NCBI GenBank assembly: GCA_963701855.1
Contig: CAVPBK010000010.1
Span: forward strand, 1-64,000
DNA: 64,000 nucleotides
Source of the DNA: Nitrospirota bacterium
Lineage (GTDB): Bacteria; Nitrospirota; Nitrospiria; Nitrospirales; Nitrospiraceae
Direction: 5' to 3'
A model generated the notes under the pieces. The model did no database searches, was not told the DNA's origin, and saw only the letters and a list, made by a program, of their open reading frames with translations. Position 1 is the first letter of the stretch. Every line of letters starts with the position of its first letter. The position numbers and the translations under genes were made by a program. Below, one piece after another: positions 30,339 through 40,320 of this stretch.

Positions 30339-30716
30339 ATGTGGAAGCGCAATTTCATGTTCAGGTCCGTCGAGGCCATTCCGCTCAAAGAATCTGAAAA
30401 TGAGCTGTTTCACGATACCGATCCCGCTTTGGATAGCACGGGACTCCAGTTAGAGAAGTTTCTATCGGTTTGGATTCAAGGCGATGGGGAGGACGAGACC
30501 CCGACGGCCTTCACCAACATGTATGTCCGCACAGCGACGTTGGATTTTCAGAAGCGGGTTGGGTTTTTGCAGCCACTCCAAGGCCGCTCGCACCAGATCA
30601 AACAATTGCTCACGCCGGGCCAAAAACAGTTTCTGCAACAGTGGCTCGCCACATCGGCTCCTCAGGCTTGGGAGGCCACAGACGATCATTTCAAGATGCT
30701 GTTTGAACTCGAATAG
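30339..30716 (+). CDS. hypothetical protein
   Basis: Protein-like ORF divergent from thiS; start uncertain. Confidence 0.65.
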   Translation: MWKRNFMFRSVEAIPLKESENELFHDTDPALDSTGLQLEKFLSVWIQGDGEDETPTAFTNMYVRTATLDFQKRVGFLQPLQGRSHQIKQLLTPGQKQFLQQWLATSAPQAWEATDDHFKMLFELE

Positions 30717-30718
30717 CC

Positions 30719-30976
30719 CTAGCCCGCATGATTCATGAACACTTCTGCTACAATTGCCGATCCGTTGCTACGACAAGCCTTCGGCCAGCGGGCTCGCCCT
30801 TCGGACTCTCACCGTACTGTTGGGGCTGGCGCCCTTCTTTTTGGCGCCTGTCCCCGTTCTGGAGGCGGGACAGGCACCGTCGCAGACGGCGGAGCCAGTC
30901 CCCTGGGCTCTGCGCGCTGGTCTCGCGACGCGGCTCAGCAATTTCGAGACGAACCGTCATGAATAATGCGGGCTAG
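30719..30976. mobile_element. MITE-like element (family B)
   Basis: CTAGCCCGCATGATTCATGA...TCATGAATAATGCGGGCTAG. Confidence 0.78.
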
Positions 30977-30989
30977 CTGTGTTTTAGCT

Positions 30990-31535
30990 ATGAGAGCTGT
31001 CCTATCCTACTCCCTCGCGCGGTTGTTCTGTCTCGTCGTGCTGATGCTCGCGGTTCCGATCGGGTCCGGGTGGAGCGCGACGGTGGAGATCTACTACGGG
31101 CCAGACGACGCGCCACTCGATCGCCTGACGACGCTCTATCGACAGGCGACACGGTACCTCTATGTAGCGGTCTATGGGTTGACCTCTCCCCGTGCGGTGG
31201 AGGCAATGGTCGCGGCGAAGAAACGAGGGGTCGATGTGCGCCTGATTACCGATCTGAAGCGCATTGAGGACGTCAAGCAGCGTACCGCGCTGCATACGCT
31301 GCAGTTGGCCGGCATTCCTATTCTCGTGAACACCCATGATGGGCTAATGCATCTGAAACAGGTGGTGATCGACGATGAAGTGAACGCCTCCGGATCGATG
31401 AACCACACGACGAGCGGTAACCGCTATAACGATGAGCGGCTCGATGTCATTACCGATCATGCGATCACGGCCAAGGCTCGAGAGAAGTTTCTGACAATGT
31501 GGAACGATCACGATCGATATCGGGAATGGAAGTAA
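30990..31535 (+). CDS. exported phospholipase D-like (Nuc-type) protein
   Basis: Signal peptide; single HLKQVVID HKD motif; GSMN. Confidence 0.82.
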   Translation: MRAVLSYSLARLFCLVVLMLAVPIGSGWSATVEIYYGPDDAPLDRLTTLYRQATRYLYVAVYGLTSPRAVEAMVAAKKRGVDVRLITDLKRIEDVKQRTALHTLQLAGIPILVNTHDGLMHLKQVVIDDEVNASGSMNHTTSGNRYNDERLDVITDHAITAKAREKFLTMWNDHDRYREWK

Positions 31536-31634
31536 ATGGGAAGATTGAGGTCAAGGCTGAGGAAGAGAAAGAACTGTCAATCTTTGTGCAACCTCGACCT
31601 TAATCTCGGCCTTGGCCTTTCTCTGTGAGGTACG

Positions 31635-32909
31635 ATGACTGAGCAGACCGATGTCGTGGTGGTGGGGGCAGGGGGCGGCGGAGCCGTCTTGGCCCTGGCG
31701 CTGGCGAAGCAAGGGATCAGCACGGTCGTGTTGGATCAGGCCGTCGGTCCACCTAAGGGCTTGCGAGGAGAAATTCTCCAACCGAACGGGCAGCGCGTGC
31801 TCGATCGCTTGGGCGTGTTGCAATCGTTGCCGGCCGATGCGACGAGGTCCGTGCGGCATTTTCATTTTTGCCGGACCGGAGGGACGCGCCTCTGTAGCAT
31901 CGATTATGGCGATCTGCCCGCACCCTATAATCGTGCGATCGTGACCCTGCCGAACGTCGCGCACCACGCCATTGTCGCGGCGGTGCAGCAACAGAAAAGC
32001 GTGACGCTCCGCTACGGGACGACCTTTACAGGACTCTTGCGTGAGGGAGACCAGGTGGTGGGGTTATCCTTGCAGGGGCCAGATGGCACACACACTATCC
32101 GTGCGAAGATTGTCGTCGGCGCCGATGGCGCTTTCTCGAAAGTGCGTGAGGCACTGAAGATCCCCGCCGATCTGTACCTCTATCCTGACGGGTATCTGAT
32201 CGCGATTCTCGAATCGGCGGAACCGGTATCGGAATCGTTCTACTACGTGGGGCACAAGACTATTTTGGGAATCTTTCCGGCGACGGGGAACAAGGTCTAT
32301 CTCTTCTACATGATCCCTAAGGATTCGATGGAGGCCGTGAAGCAGCGGGGTATTGCTGCGCTTCAGCAGACGTGGAGCCAGATTGCGCCGCAGTTTGCCG
32401 GGCTGTTTCGGCATCTGAGTGATTGGAGCCAGACAGCCTATATGCCGACCGGGCGGGTGCGAACACCGACATGGGTCGCAGACGGAGCCGTGTTGATCGG
32501 CGATGCCGCCCATGCGATGAATCCCCATGCCTCGCAGGGGCGCATGCAGGCGATGGTCGATGCCATGGCGCTGTCCGATCTCTTGCCGGGTTGTCTTGCC
32601 GATCAGGACTATTCTGCCGTCAGACTGAAAGAATTTGAACGGGCCAGGCGTCCGCAAGTCACCATGTTGCAGCAATTGGCCGATCAACAAGTATTTTATT
32701 GGAATACAGAAAATCCAATGGTGGCCTTCCTGCGTGATCGCGTATTTCAGACGCTGGATCGGAACGCACGGCTGCGCTATCAGGTCCTATCCACCACGGC
32801 GGGGTTGCGGACGATGCCGCCGTTTAATCTGATCGATCGAGTGATTGCCACGGGGTTTCTCCCTGATATTCGTGGGCATGAGAGATCTCCACATCCGATG
32901 TCGTCATGA
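31635..32909 (+). CDS. FAD-dependent monooxygenase
   Basis: VVGAGGGG, GADG, IGDAAHAMNP. Confidence 0.9.
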   Translation: MTEQTDVVVVGAGGGGAVLALALAKQGISTVVLDQAVGPPKGLRGEILQPNGQRVLDRLGVLQSLPADATRSVRHFHFCRTGGTRLCSIDYGDLPAPYNRAIVTLPNVAHHAIVAAVQQQKSVTLRYGTTFTGLLREGDQVVGLSLQGPDGTHTIRAKIVVGADGAFSKVREALKIPADLYLYPDGYLIAILESAEPVSESFYYVGHKTILGIFPATGNKVYLFYMIPKDSMEAVKQRGIAALQQTWSQIAPQFAGLFRHLSDWSQTAYMPTGRVRTPTWVADGAVLIGDAAHAMNPHASQGRMQAMVDAMALSDLLPGCLADQDYSAVRLKEFERARRPQVTMLQQLADQQVFYWNTENPMVAFLRDRVFQTLDRNARLRYQVLSTTAGLRTMPPFNLIDRVIATGFLPDIRGHERSPHPMSS

Positions 32910-33679
32910 GGGACATGGGCACGGCTGAACGTCTGATCGAGGGATTGCCGGACGACACGCAGAAGTTGCTGCAGACCTATGTGAAGGAAGTCACAGGTGC
33001 GTTCGGGGAGCAGATGGAAGGCCTGCTGCTCTATGGCAGTGCCGTCCGTGGGGAGTTTCTCCGAGGCCGCTCCAATCTGAACATCCTTCTCTTGGTGTCC
33101 TCGTACGACAGCGCCGTGCTCAAACAGTACAGCGCGTTGCACCGCCGATGGAGCAAGGAACAAATTATGGTCCCCCTCTTTCTGACGGAAGAGGAGCTGC
33201 ATATGTCGGCAGCAGTCTTCCCACTTGAGTTTCTGGAGATCCAGGAACAGCATCGCGTTCTGGGTGGGCGCGATCCCTTCATCGGCTTTCATGTGAAGTC
33301 CGATCGGCTGAGAGAGGCCGTGGTCCAGGGTCTCGCGAGCCACTTGTTACGCCTGCGCCAACGCTATGTCGAAGGGGGCGCAGGCGACGAAGCTACGACG
33401 ATGTTGTTGCCGCTCTCGATCACCTCGATTCTTCCGTTGCTGCGCGGGGTGCAACGTCTTCTCGGGCGTCCGCCCCTCGCTCATTCCGATGCGGCGATCT
33501 CGGACGTGGCCGAGCAGCTGAAATTAGATCTGCAAGGTTTGCTGGACACCTGGTTGCTCAAGCGCGGACAGATTTCTCCCGGCCCCCACGAAGTGCCTCG
33601 TCTCTTTGACCGGTATCTGCAAGCCGTGACGCGGCTCACTCGCGCAGTCGAGCAACTGCCGCAGTCGGGGCAGCGATGA
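32906..33679 (+). CDS. nucleotidyltransferase-fold protein
   Basis: LLYGSAVRGEF...SNLNILL; VFPLEF. Confidence 0.7.
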   Translation: MRDMGTAERLIEGLPDDTQKLLQTYVKEVTGAFGEQMEGLLLYGSAVRGEFLRGRSNLNILLLVSSYDSAVLKQYSALHRRWSKEQIMVPLFLTEEELHMSAAVFPLEFLEIQEQHRVLGGRDPFIGFHVKSDRLREAVVQGLASHLLRLRQRYVEGGAGDEATTMLLPLSITSILPLLRGVQRLLGRPPLAHSDAAISDVAEQLKLDLQGLLDTWLLKRGQISPGPHEVPRLFDRYLQAVTRLTRAVEQLPQSGQR

Positions 33680-34404
33680 CGAAGACCGTCCATCTGGCGA
33701 TGATCCTCTGTCTCGTCCTCTTCGAGGGGATAGCCCAGGCGGTGTCCTACGAACGGCCCAAGATCCAGTTGCCGGGGCCTCAAGGTTATGTGAGCGACCA
33801 TGCGCAGGTGATCGATGGAGATTGGAAAGAACGCATCCGCTCCGTCTGCCAGGATCTTGAGCGGAAGACCGGCGTAGAAATGGTTGTGGTGACCGTTCCG
33901 ACCATCATGCCATTCGAGTCGGCCAAGGAGTATGCGACGGCGCTCTATGAAAAGTGGGGCATCGGATCGACGCAACAAGAACATGGCGTGATGGTGTTGG
34001 TTGCGGTGCAGGAACGACAAGCCGCGATTACACTGGGCCGGCAGATGTTGCCGGTGATCACTCCCACGGTTGTGAGTCAAGTCGGGCGCGACAGTCTGCA
34101 GCCGTCGATTGAGTTGGGGCATTTCGGCGAAGGTCTCTATCTCACGGTGGTAGCGTTGGCCTCTCCCGCGCAGGAGGTGCGTGTCGGAGTCATCGCGAAG
34201 ACCTATTCCAAGGTTTTTGCTTTTGGGCTTGCCCTCTTTAGCAGCATCGCGGCGCTCGCATTCTTTTGGTGGATCACCCGTCCAGACCTCCGGCATCCCT
34301 ACAAACGGATTCAAAAAGGCGAGTATTGGGGAACCGGCCAGGGAGGGTTTGGCGGGAACTTCGGAGGATTCGGAGGGGGGACAAACGGAGAGGGGTATAA
34401 GTAA
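33676..34404 (+). CDS. TPM domain protein
   Basis: YVSDHAQVI...EMVVVTV...WGIG; TM helix; Gly-rich GGFGG tail. Confidence 0.85.
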   Translation: MTKTVHLAMILCLVLFEGIAQAVSYERPKIQLPGPQGYVSDHAQVIDGDWKERIRSVCQDLERKTGVEMVVVTVPTIMPFESAKEYATALYEKWGIGSTQQEHGVMVLVAVQERQAAITLGRQMLPVITPTVVSQVGRDSLQPSIELGHFGEGLYLTVVALASPAQEVRVGVIAKTYSKVFAFGLALFSSIAALAFFWWITRPDLRHPYKRIQKGEYWGTGQGGFGGNFGGFGGGTNGEGYK

Positions 34405-34555
34405 GCGCTTTTTAGGTTGGCCCAGTCATGTGACGCGCAAGGAGTCGCCTCATATTTAAGGAAGTGTCAGTGTGTCCCCCCCTCCATACATTCTCGGTTT
34501 GATAATTCCAGTACAATGAGTGAGCTAAAGACCAATTGAACAAAGGAGGGGGGCC

Positions 34556-35083
34556 ATGCTTCGCAAGATATGTTCGATCTTCATGCTCTTCATCATACCC
34601 GCTGTCGTGCAGATGACTCCTCTGGCCGCCCAATCGGATCCGATAAACCCCGAAGAGGTCGCTCATATGAAAGCCGGGCATAAAAAGGTCGAGGGAGTGG
34701 TGACTGAGGTGAAGTCCGGTCTCATTATCGTCAAGGCGTCGACCGGCGCCACACTCACTCTGACCGAGAATACGGCCGCTCGCATCGGCAGGACCGTCCC
34801 GAAAGTCGGTGATGAAATGACGCTCTGGGTCAACGAAGGCAACATGGTTATGGATGCCCGTCTGAAGGGGCAACCAGACAAGGGTCCTCGTTTCATTACC
34901 GGTACGCTCGCTTCGATTGATAATGGCAAGTCCAAGATGACGCTGTCGACGTCAGGAGGGGAGAAGAGCTATAACCTCAGACCCGAAAGCCGCATGTTCA
35001 GGGATATCGCTGTCGGCTCTGAGGTGACGATCGAAGTCAATGACACGGGAGAGGTCATCGACATTCATAAGGACAAAAAATAA
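34556..35083 (+). CDS. exported hypothetical protein
   Basis: GGAGG RBS, signal peptide, two beta-rich repeats. Confidence 0.7.
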   Translation: MLRKICSIFMLFIIPAVVQMTPLAAQSDPINPEEVAHMKAGHKKVEGVVTEVKSGLIIVKASTGATLTLTENTAARIGRTVPKVGDEMTLWVNEGNMVMDARLKGQPDKGPRFITGTLASIDNGKSKMTLSTSGGEKSYNLRPESRMFRDIAVGSEVTIEVNDTGEVIDIHKDKK

Positions 35084-35087
35084 GGGT

Positions 35088-35415
35088 GAGGAAGGAGCGG
35101 CCAGGTGCCCTTCTTGATCGCAGAACGCGCACGATAGGAATGTGCTCGTTCGATGCGCGCAGTAAAGGGCAGCCTTGGCCACTCCTTTGAAGAGAGGTAG
35201 AAAGCATCGAAAGAATCTCGTTGAACGCGCGCAGTAGAAGATCATTCAGCCCCCATCCTTGAAGAAATTCCAAAGAGAGCTATAGAGAATTGGAAGACCC
35301 TCTTTGGACACGCGCAGTGGAGATCACGCCAGCCGCCTCGCTGATACGGGTGCTGGTGAAGGTGAAGAGTTGAGTTAGTCCTCGGTGGAAGCGCACAGCC
35401 GAGGATCAATCAAGC
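35088..35415. repeat. family C dispersed repeat, here as a four-unit degenerate array
   Basis: GCGCGCAGT-like cores at 35155, 35227, 35310 and 35391. Confidence 0.65.
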
Positions 35416-35459
35416 GATCGTGATAGGAAAACGGTTCCTGGCACCGTTCTCTTGACCCA

Positions 35460-35978
35460 TCCAGTACAAACAGCTACAAGTATACGGGCCGGGAGGACGA
35501 TGGCTCAGGGCTGGACTACTATCGTGCGAGATACTATCATCCACGATTGCAGCGGTTCATCAGTGAAGATCCGATCAGATTCCGTGGTGGGATCAACTTC
35601 TATGGCTACGTGCGCAATAATCCAATCAACCGAACTGACCCATCCGGACTTGGCCCGAAGAGTTTTATTGCGTGTTCGATCCTGAATGGGTTGTATCAAC
35701 TCAACGACTTTCGCCGTTACCTAGCCATCTTGGATGAAAACACGGAAATGACGGAAGCTCTGTTGACTACGGTGCAGTCGGAGATTAAAACTTGTCCGTC
35801 AAGAGACACGGAACGACTGGCGGCATTATGGGAGCTCAAAGGTCAGCTTACATCACAGTTGACTCAGTTGATAAGGGATAATGCAGGTAATGTCGGTATG
35901 ACGGGGTTGCTTCAGGTCTCGGAAACAATGGCCGCGGAAGGAGTTTGTTCAGTGGTAGGCATACTGCGGCTATGGTAA
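35460..35978 (+). pseudogene. orphan Rhs core end plus C-terminal toxin tip
   Basis: YKYTGREDDGSGLDYYRARYYHPRLQRFISEDP...NNPINRTDPSGL, then about 108 aa of helical tip. Confidence 0.88.
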
Positions 35979-35990
35979 AAATATTTGACT

Positions 35991-36356
35991 ATGCTTAGAG
36001 ACATTCGTTCGACGACGTATGTCTTGATGTATTTCTTGGTTGCTCTTTCTCTAATGGGCATAGTCGTCGCTAGCCAGCAGTATTTCATTCTGCAATCAGA
36101 AAAAAAGATGATGTCGGCTCGACGAACGCTAGACGAGTCATTCATCATCGTTATGAAGGCGATAGGGGGTGAATCAAATCCGAACATGGCCAAAGAGCTG
36201 ACTCATCAGAAATCGATACTCGAGGGAAGCTACTCGAGTGCAGCGGCTATGATCCATCAACTTGAGATTCGTGCGATCGCCGACTTCATTGCTTGGTGTG
36301 TGGTCTTCATGATATCCGGGTTGGCGCTTATCCTTAACCACCGTAAGCAGGCATAG
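35991..36356 (+). CDS. putative immunity protein (two TM helices)
   Basis: Directly after the Rhs tip; low GC. Confidence 0.55.
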   Translation: MLRDIRSTTYVLMYFLVALSLMGIVVASQQYFILQSEKKMMSARRTLDESFIIVMKAIGGESNPNMAKELTHQKSILEGSYSSAAAMIHQLEIRAIADFIAWCVVFMISGLALILNHRKQA

Positions 36357-36401
36357 AGGGAGAAAAAGAGGTCGAGAGTCTTTTCTTGAAAATGTTGGGG
36401 T

Positions 36402-36565
36402 AATGATGCCACGGGCAATCTCATGGCGACCATCAATCACCACTCTCCTGAGCAAAACGACCACGACTACCGTGAACAACGCGAGCTAGCCGTTCACCAT
36501 CACGGATTCCTTCGAGAAACATGACACTATTCAGCCACGCGCTGGGCCATCTGGCAAGTCAGGTG
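36402..36565 (+). pseudogene. decayed YD-repeat (Rhs) remnant
   Basis: DATGNL...PLSKTTTTTVNNAS*PFTITD...FSHALGHLASQV across shifted frames. Confidence 0.5.
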
Positions 36566-37188
36566 GTTCATGGAAGAGCGGATGCGCTCGTGCCTTGGAC
36601 ACAGCACACAGCGAGCACAACCCCTTATGTATCGAGTCGTATCTCCAGAGGAAATCATCGGTTTAGATCTCGACCCGCGGAGGGGCAACCTGAGTCCCCG
36701 ATTGTGTGGCAATCGGAGGCATCCGTAGGTGCGCGGATCTCACCGTGGTATACTCGGCCCCGTCGCGCACATCTCTGTACCAGCACCGCGCCGAAACCTG
36801 GCGTGAACCGGTACGTCTCCTCGCCGTAGGGGGTCTCGTCGGCCCCCTCGTTATGATTCTGTACCAACCTGTCTTCCACATAGCCAACTCCATCCAGTAA
36901 CACTCCGTTACGGTTCGGACTGCTCGCTCGGTTATCTCCTTAGGCCGACCAATCAGTCTTCAGCGTATCTAGGTAGCACGCTACGGGAATGGAATGGCTG
37001 CATGCTCACCGTTCCAGTTTCTATGTCCGCCATCCGTTCGGAGGTCTTGAGTTCTCTCTAGGTAGCCGTGCTCCCCTCCGATGTGCTAGCACACAAGAGG
37101 GGATTGCACGGCAGTGGCGGCGCTTGCATCATGGTCCCGCATCGAGAGCGAACGTATGCTCCGACACAGGGGGCGGAACTGAGCAGCC

Positions 37189-38323
37189 GTGGCGACGTTT
37201 ACCTATAAGGCGGCGAAACCCAGTGGCGCGACGCTCGACGGGCAGATCGACGGAGAGGATGCGCGTACGGCACGAAGCCAGCTGGAGAGCAATGGGTACA
37301 TCGTCCTCGCGCTTCGGAATCGAGACAAAACAGCGACGGCGCGTTCCAGCAGATTTCGATTCGGCGGTCCAGCTGCCGTTGCATGAGGTGTTGGTCTTCA
37401 ATCAGGAACTCCTGGCCTTGCTCAAGGCCGGGCTCGCGGTGTTGCGCGTCTGGGACCTGCTGATCGAGCGCACAAGCCAGGTCAATTTCAAGCAGGCTCT
37501 TCGTACCGTCCGGGAAGACATTCGCAGCGGCAGTGCCATGTCCGAAGCCATGAGCAAACACCCTCAATACTTCAATGAGCTCTACGTCGCCACGATCCGA
37601 GCGGGTGAGCAGTCCGGCAATCTCCCGGAAGTGTTGCAGCGCTATATCAGTTACCTCAAGCTGATGATGGAGTTGAAGGCGAAGGTCACAAAGGCCCTCG
37701 CCTATCCGGCATTCCTGGTGATCGTCGGCGTCGGGGTGATTGGCTTCCTGGTCGGCTATGTGATGCCCACATTCGTCAGCGTGTACGGGGAATCGTCGCA
37801 AGCCTTGCCTGTGGCGACACAAGTCTTGCTCGACCTCATCAGGGGGATTAATCAGTACTTCATTCCGGGGTTCGTGCTCTTCGTCGGAGTGAGCATCGGC
37901 TTAAAATCCTATCGCGCCACGGATGCAGGGCGACTCACAACTGATCGGTTGCTGCTCTCAGCGCCGGGCCTTGGTGTGGTGTTGACCTACCACCATACAA
38001 TTCAACTCATGCGCACATTGGGCACGGTGCTCGCCGGGGGGATTCCCGCCGTGGAAGCGGTACAGATTGCGGGCGTGGCCGTGTCGAACCGTTACATGGC
38101 CCGGGGATTGGCCAAAGCGGTCGAGCGCATCCGCGAAGGCACCACGCTCGCGTCAGCCATTGAGGCACAGCACGTCTTGCCGAAGCTCGCGACCGAAATG
38201 ATTGCCGTCGGTGAAGAGACCGGCTCGCTCGAAACCATGCTGCGCGACATCGCCGAATTCTACGAAGGCAGTTTAGATTTGAAACTCACGCGCATGACTA
38301 AGTGGATTGTGGACGAAAAATAG
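37189..38323 (+). pseudogene. PilC/GspF-family platform protein, frameshifted and 3'-truncated
   Basis: MATFTYKA start in one frame, AGEQSGNL/VGEETGSL in another. Ends at KWI before the expected EP and final TM helix. Confidence 0.82.
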
Positions 38324-38403
38324 GGACATCGCACTTTTTCAAGACCTTCCTGGTCCATGCGCACCGTGTGTGTCCCTTGATCACTGTCTTTCCATCAGTA
38401 TTA

Positions 38404-38626
38404 GGCGGCCTGGCGGTTTCCCAACGTGCGCGCGTCCAACGAGGGGAGTCCTCGACCGCGCGTTGCGCGAGCACAGAAACTATCTGGTCTATCCTCTTTC
38501 CCTTAAGCTCGCACGCGTTCTCTCTCCAGGAATGGCACCCGTGCTGGTCTCACTGCGGCCGTCGAGCGAGCACATTCTGATCGTGCGCGCTCCGGGAGCA
38601 AGGGACCAGCACGAGTGCCATTCCTC
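38404..38626. repeat. family C repeat, inverted relative to 35088-35185
   Basis: GTGCGCGCGTCCAACGAG and CGAGCACATTCTGATCGTGCGCG. Confidence 0.65.
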
Positions 38627-38628
38627 AT

Positions 38629-39387
38629 TTACTGCTGAATCGCGGAGAGCCGCCACTTCCCTTCTTGGATTCGCATGAAGGTCCAGGCTTCGCCGGATTC
38701 GGTCGGTATCTCTTCGCTGCCTTCGACGAGATAGCCTGGTTCTCCGCGCTGCTTCGTCAGAGACAGGTTGTAGTCACGGGCACTCCAGCGAAGCCCTGCC
38801 GTCACGTACTGCCTCGCCTGTTCGGTCCAGACTTCTAGGATTTCAGCACGGAGGAGTACCACATCTTCGACATGGTTCTGGATGTCTTGACTGGTATTGT
38901 CGGCGAGGGCGGCGCTGAAATAATTCAGCATCTCCGGCGTGACGAGCTGCCGCAACTCGGTGAGATCCTGATTACTCCAGGCCTTCTGAACATCTATCAG
39001 GAGTTGTTGAAAGTCTGCTTTGTCAGTGGAGGTCACACTATCAACCGATAATTTCTGTCTGGTTGTGGCGGACCGCTTTGTCGGCGGATTGTCGTTGGAC
39101 GGGTCGCGGCCTGTGATCCCGGAAAAGTCAGGGAGGGAGGGCCGTTGTATTTTCAGGAAATAAAAAACCGTCACAGCCGCCACGAGCAGGAGGATCAGCA
39201 GGATTCCGGCAGAGCTGAAATCTTGAGTGGTGTGGTTGGTTTCTGGAGCAGGCGTGTCGGCATCGGTGGTCTGTGCGCTGCTGTTCGTCGCTCTGAAGAG
39301 CAGATCGCCGATCAATAATCCGGCGACTCCAGCTACGAGGCCAGCCGGCAGGGGAGAACCTTGTAGAATGAGTGTCGTTGTGTTCAA
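38629..39387 (-). CDS. Tim44-like domain protein
   Basis: Two TM segments; VQKAWS...VTPEM...EAWTF...WRLSAIQQ; TTG start after GGGGAG. Confidence 0.82.
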   Translation of the reverse strand: MNTTTLILQGSPLPAGLVAGVAGLLIGDLLFRATNSSAQTTDADTPAPETNHTTQDFSSAGILLILLLVAAVTVFYFLKIQRPSLPDFSGITGRDPSNDNPPTKRSATTRQKLSVDSVTSTDKADFQQLLIDVQKAWSNQDLTELRQLVTPEMLNYFSAALADNTSQDIQNHVEDVVLLRAEILEVWTEQARQYVTAGLRWSARDYNLSLTKQRGEPGYLVEGSEEIPTESGEAWTFMRIQEGKWRLSAIQQ

Positions 39388-39573
39388 GGCAAGCTCCCCG
39401 TTATCGGTATCGTTGCCGACCCATGCGCCCGCATCATAATCCTAGCAGCAATGGTCCCTTGAAAATGAAAAATTCGAAGATAGAGACCGGAGCGTGAGTT
39501 ATTGGTGCCGGAGGGATCAACTACATTGATAAATTACTTGAGGTATCTATGCGAAGTGAATTGAAATAATAGA

Positions 39574-40320
39574 TTATTGTGTTACGGATTTTTGGGCAGC
39601 ACGGATGGCAAGCTCCTCGGGTATGAGGTAACGTCTTGGTCCTAAAATCGCAGTACCGACGCGGACCAGGGTTGCACCTTCGGCAATGGCGATATCCATA
39701 TCTTCTGACATTCCCATGGAGAGTGTGTCGAGTTCGTATCCATCCCGCTTGAGCTGATCATACAGTTTCCAGAGCATATGGAACTGGCTGCGTTGCAAGG
39801 CTGTGGCAGTGGTGAGCTCAGGGACGGCCATCAACCCGCGCAATTTCAGGCGGGGCAGGCGAATGACATGGGCCGCCAGCTGGGCCAGCTCTCCAGGCGC
39901 CACACCGCTTTTACTATTTTCTCCACTTACGTTTACTTGCAGGCAGATTTGCAAGGGCGGCAGTGATTCGGGCCGGTCTTTCGCCAGGCGGTCGGCAATT
40001 TTTATTCTATCGACACTGTGAACCCAGACGAAATTTTCCGTGATGCGTTTGGTCTTATTACTTTGTATCGGGCCGATGAAATGCCATTCAATCGGCAAAT
40101 CGGTCAGGGCGGGCATTTTTGCCAGCGCTTCCTGCAGATAGTTCTCGCCAAAAATCGTTTGTCCAGCCTGCCAGGCTTCCCGCACTCGCTCGGCAGGGTG
40201 AGTCTTACTCGCGACCAGCAGCGTGATCTCATCCGGTGACCGGCCGACTGATTGCGCGACTTTGGCAATGCGGTCTCTGACTGCCTGTAAGCGTGAGGCG
40301 ACTGTTGCGATCTGCTCCAT
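39574..40320 (-). CDS. yggS: PLP homeostasis protein
   Basis: LLVASKT, FGENYLQE, WHFIGPIQSNK, SMGMS, VRVGTAI. Confidence 0.93.
   Translation of the reverse strand: MEQIATVASRLQAVRDRIAKVAQSVGRSPDEITLLVASKTHPAERVREAWQAGQTIFGENYLQEALAKMPALTDLPIEWHFIGPIQSNKTKRITENFVWVHSVDRIKIADRLAKDRPESLPPLQICLQVNVSGENSKSGVAPGELAQLAAHVIRLPRLKLRGLMAVPELTTATALQRSQFHMLWKLYDQLKRDGYELDTLSMGMSEDMDIAIAEGATLVRVGTAILGPRRYLIPEELAIRAAQKSVTQ

Noticed and set aside
35145..35415. CRISPR array
   Set aside because: Repeats are too divergent, the motif is dispersed elsewhere, and there are no cas genes or leader.
36655..36903. Short minus-strand ORFs in the fragment patch
   Set aside because: No recognisable motif or RBS; cannot be supported without a search.
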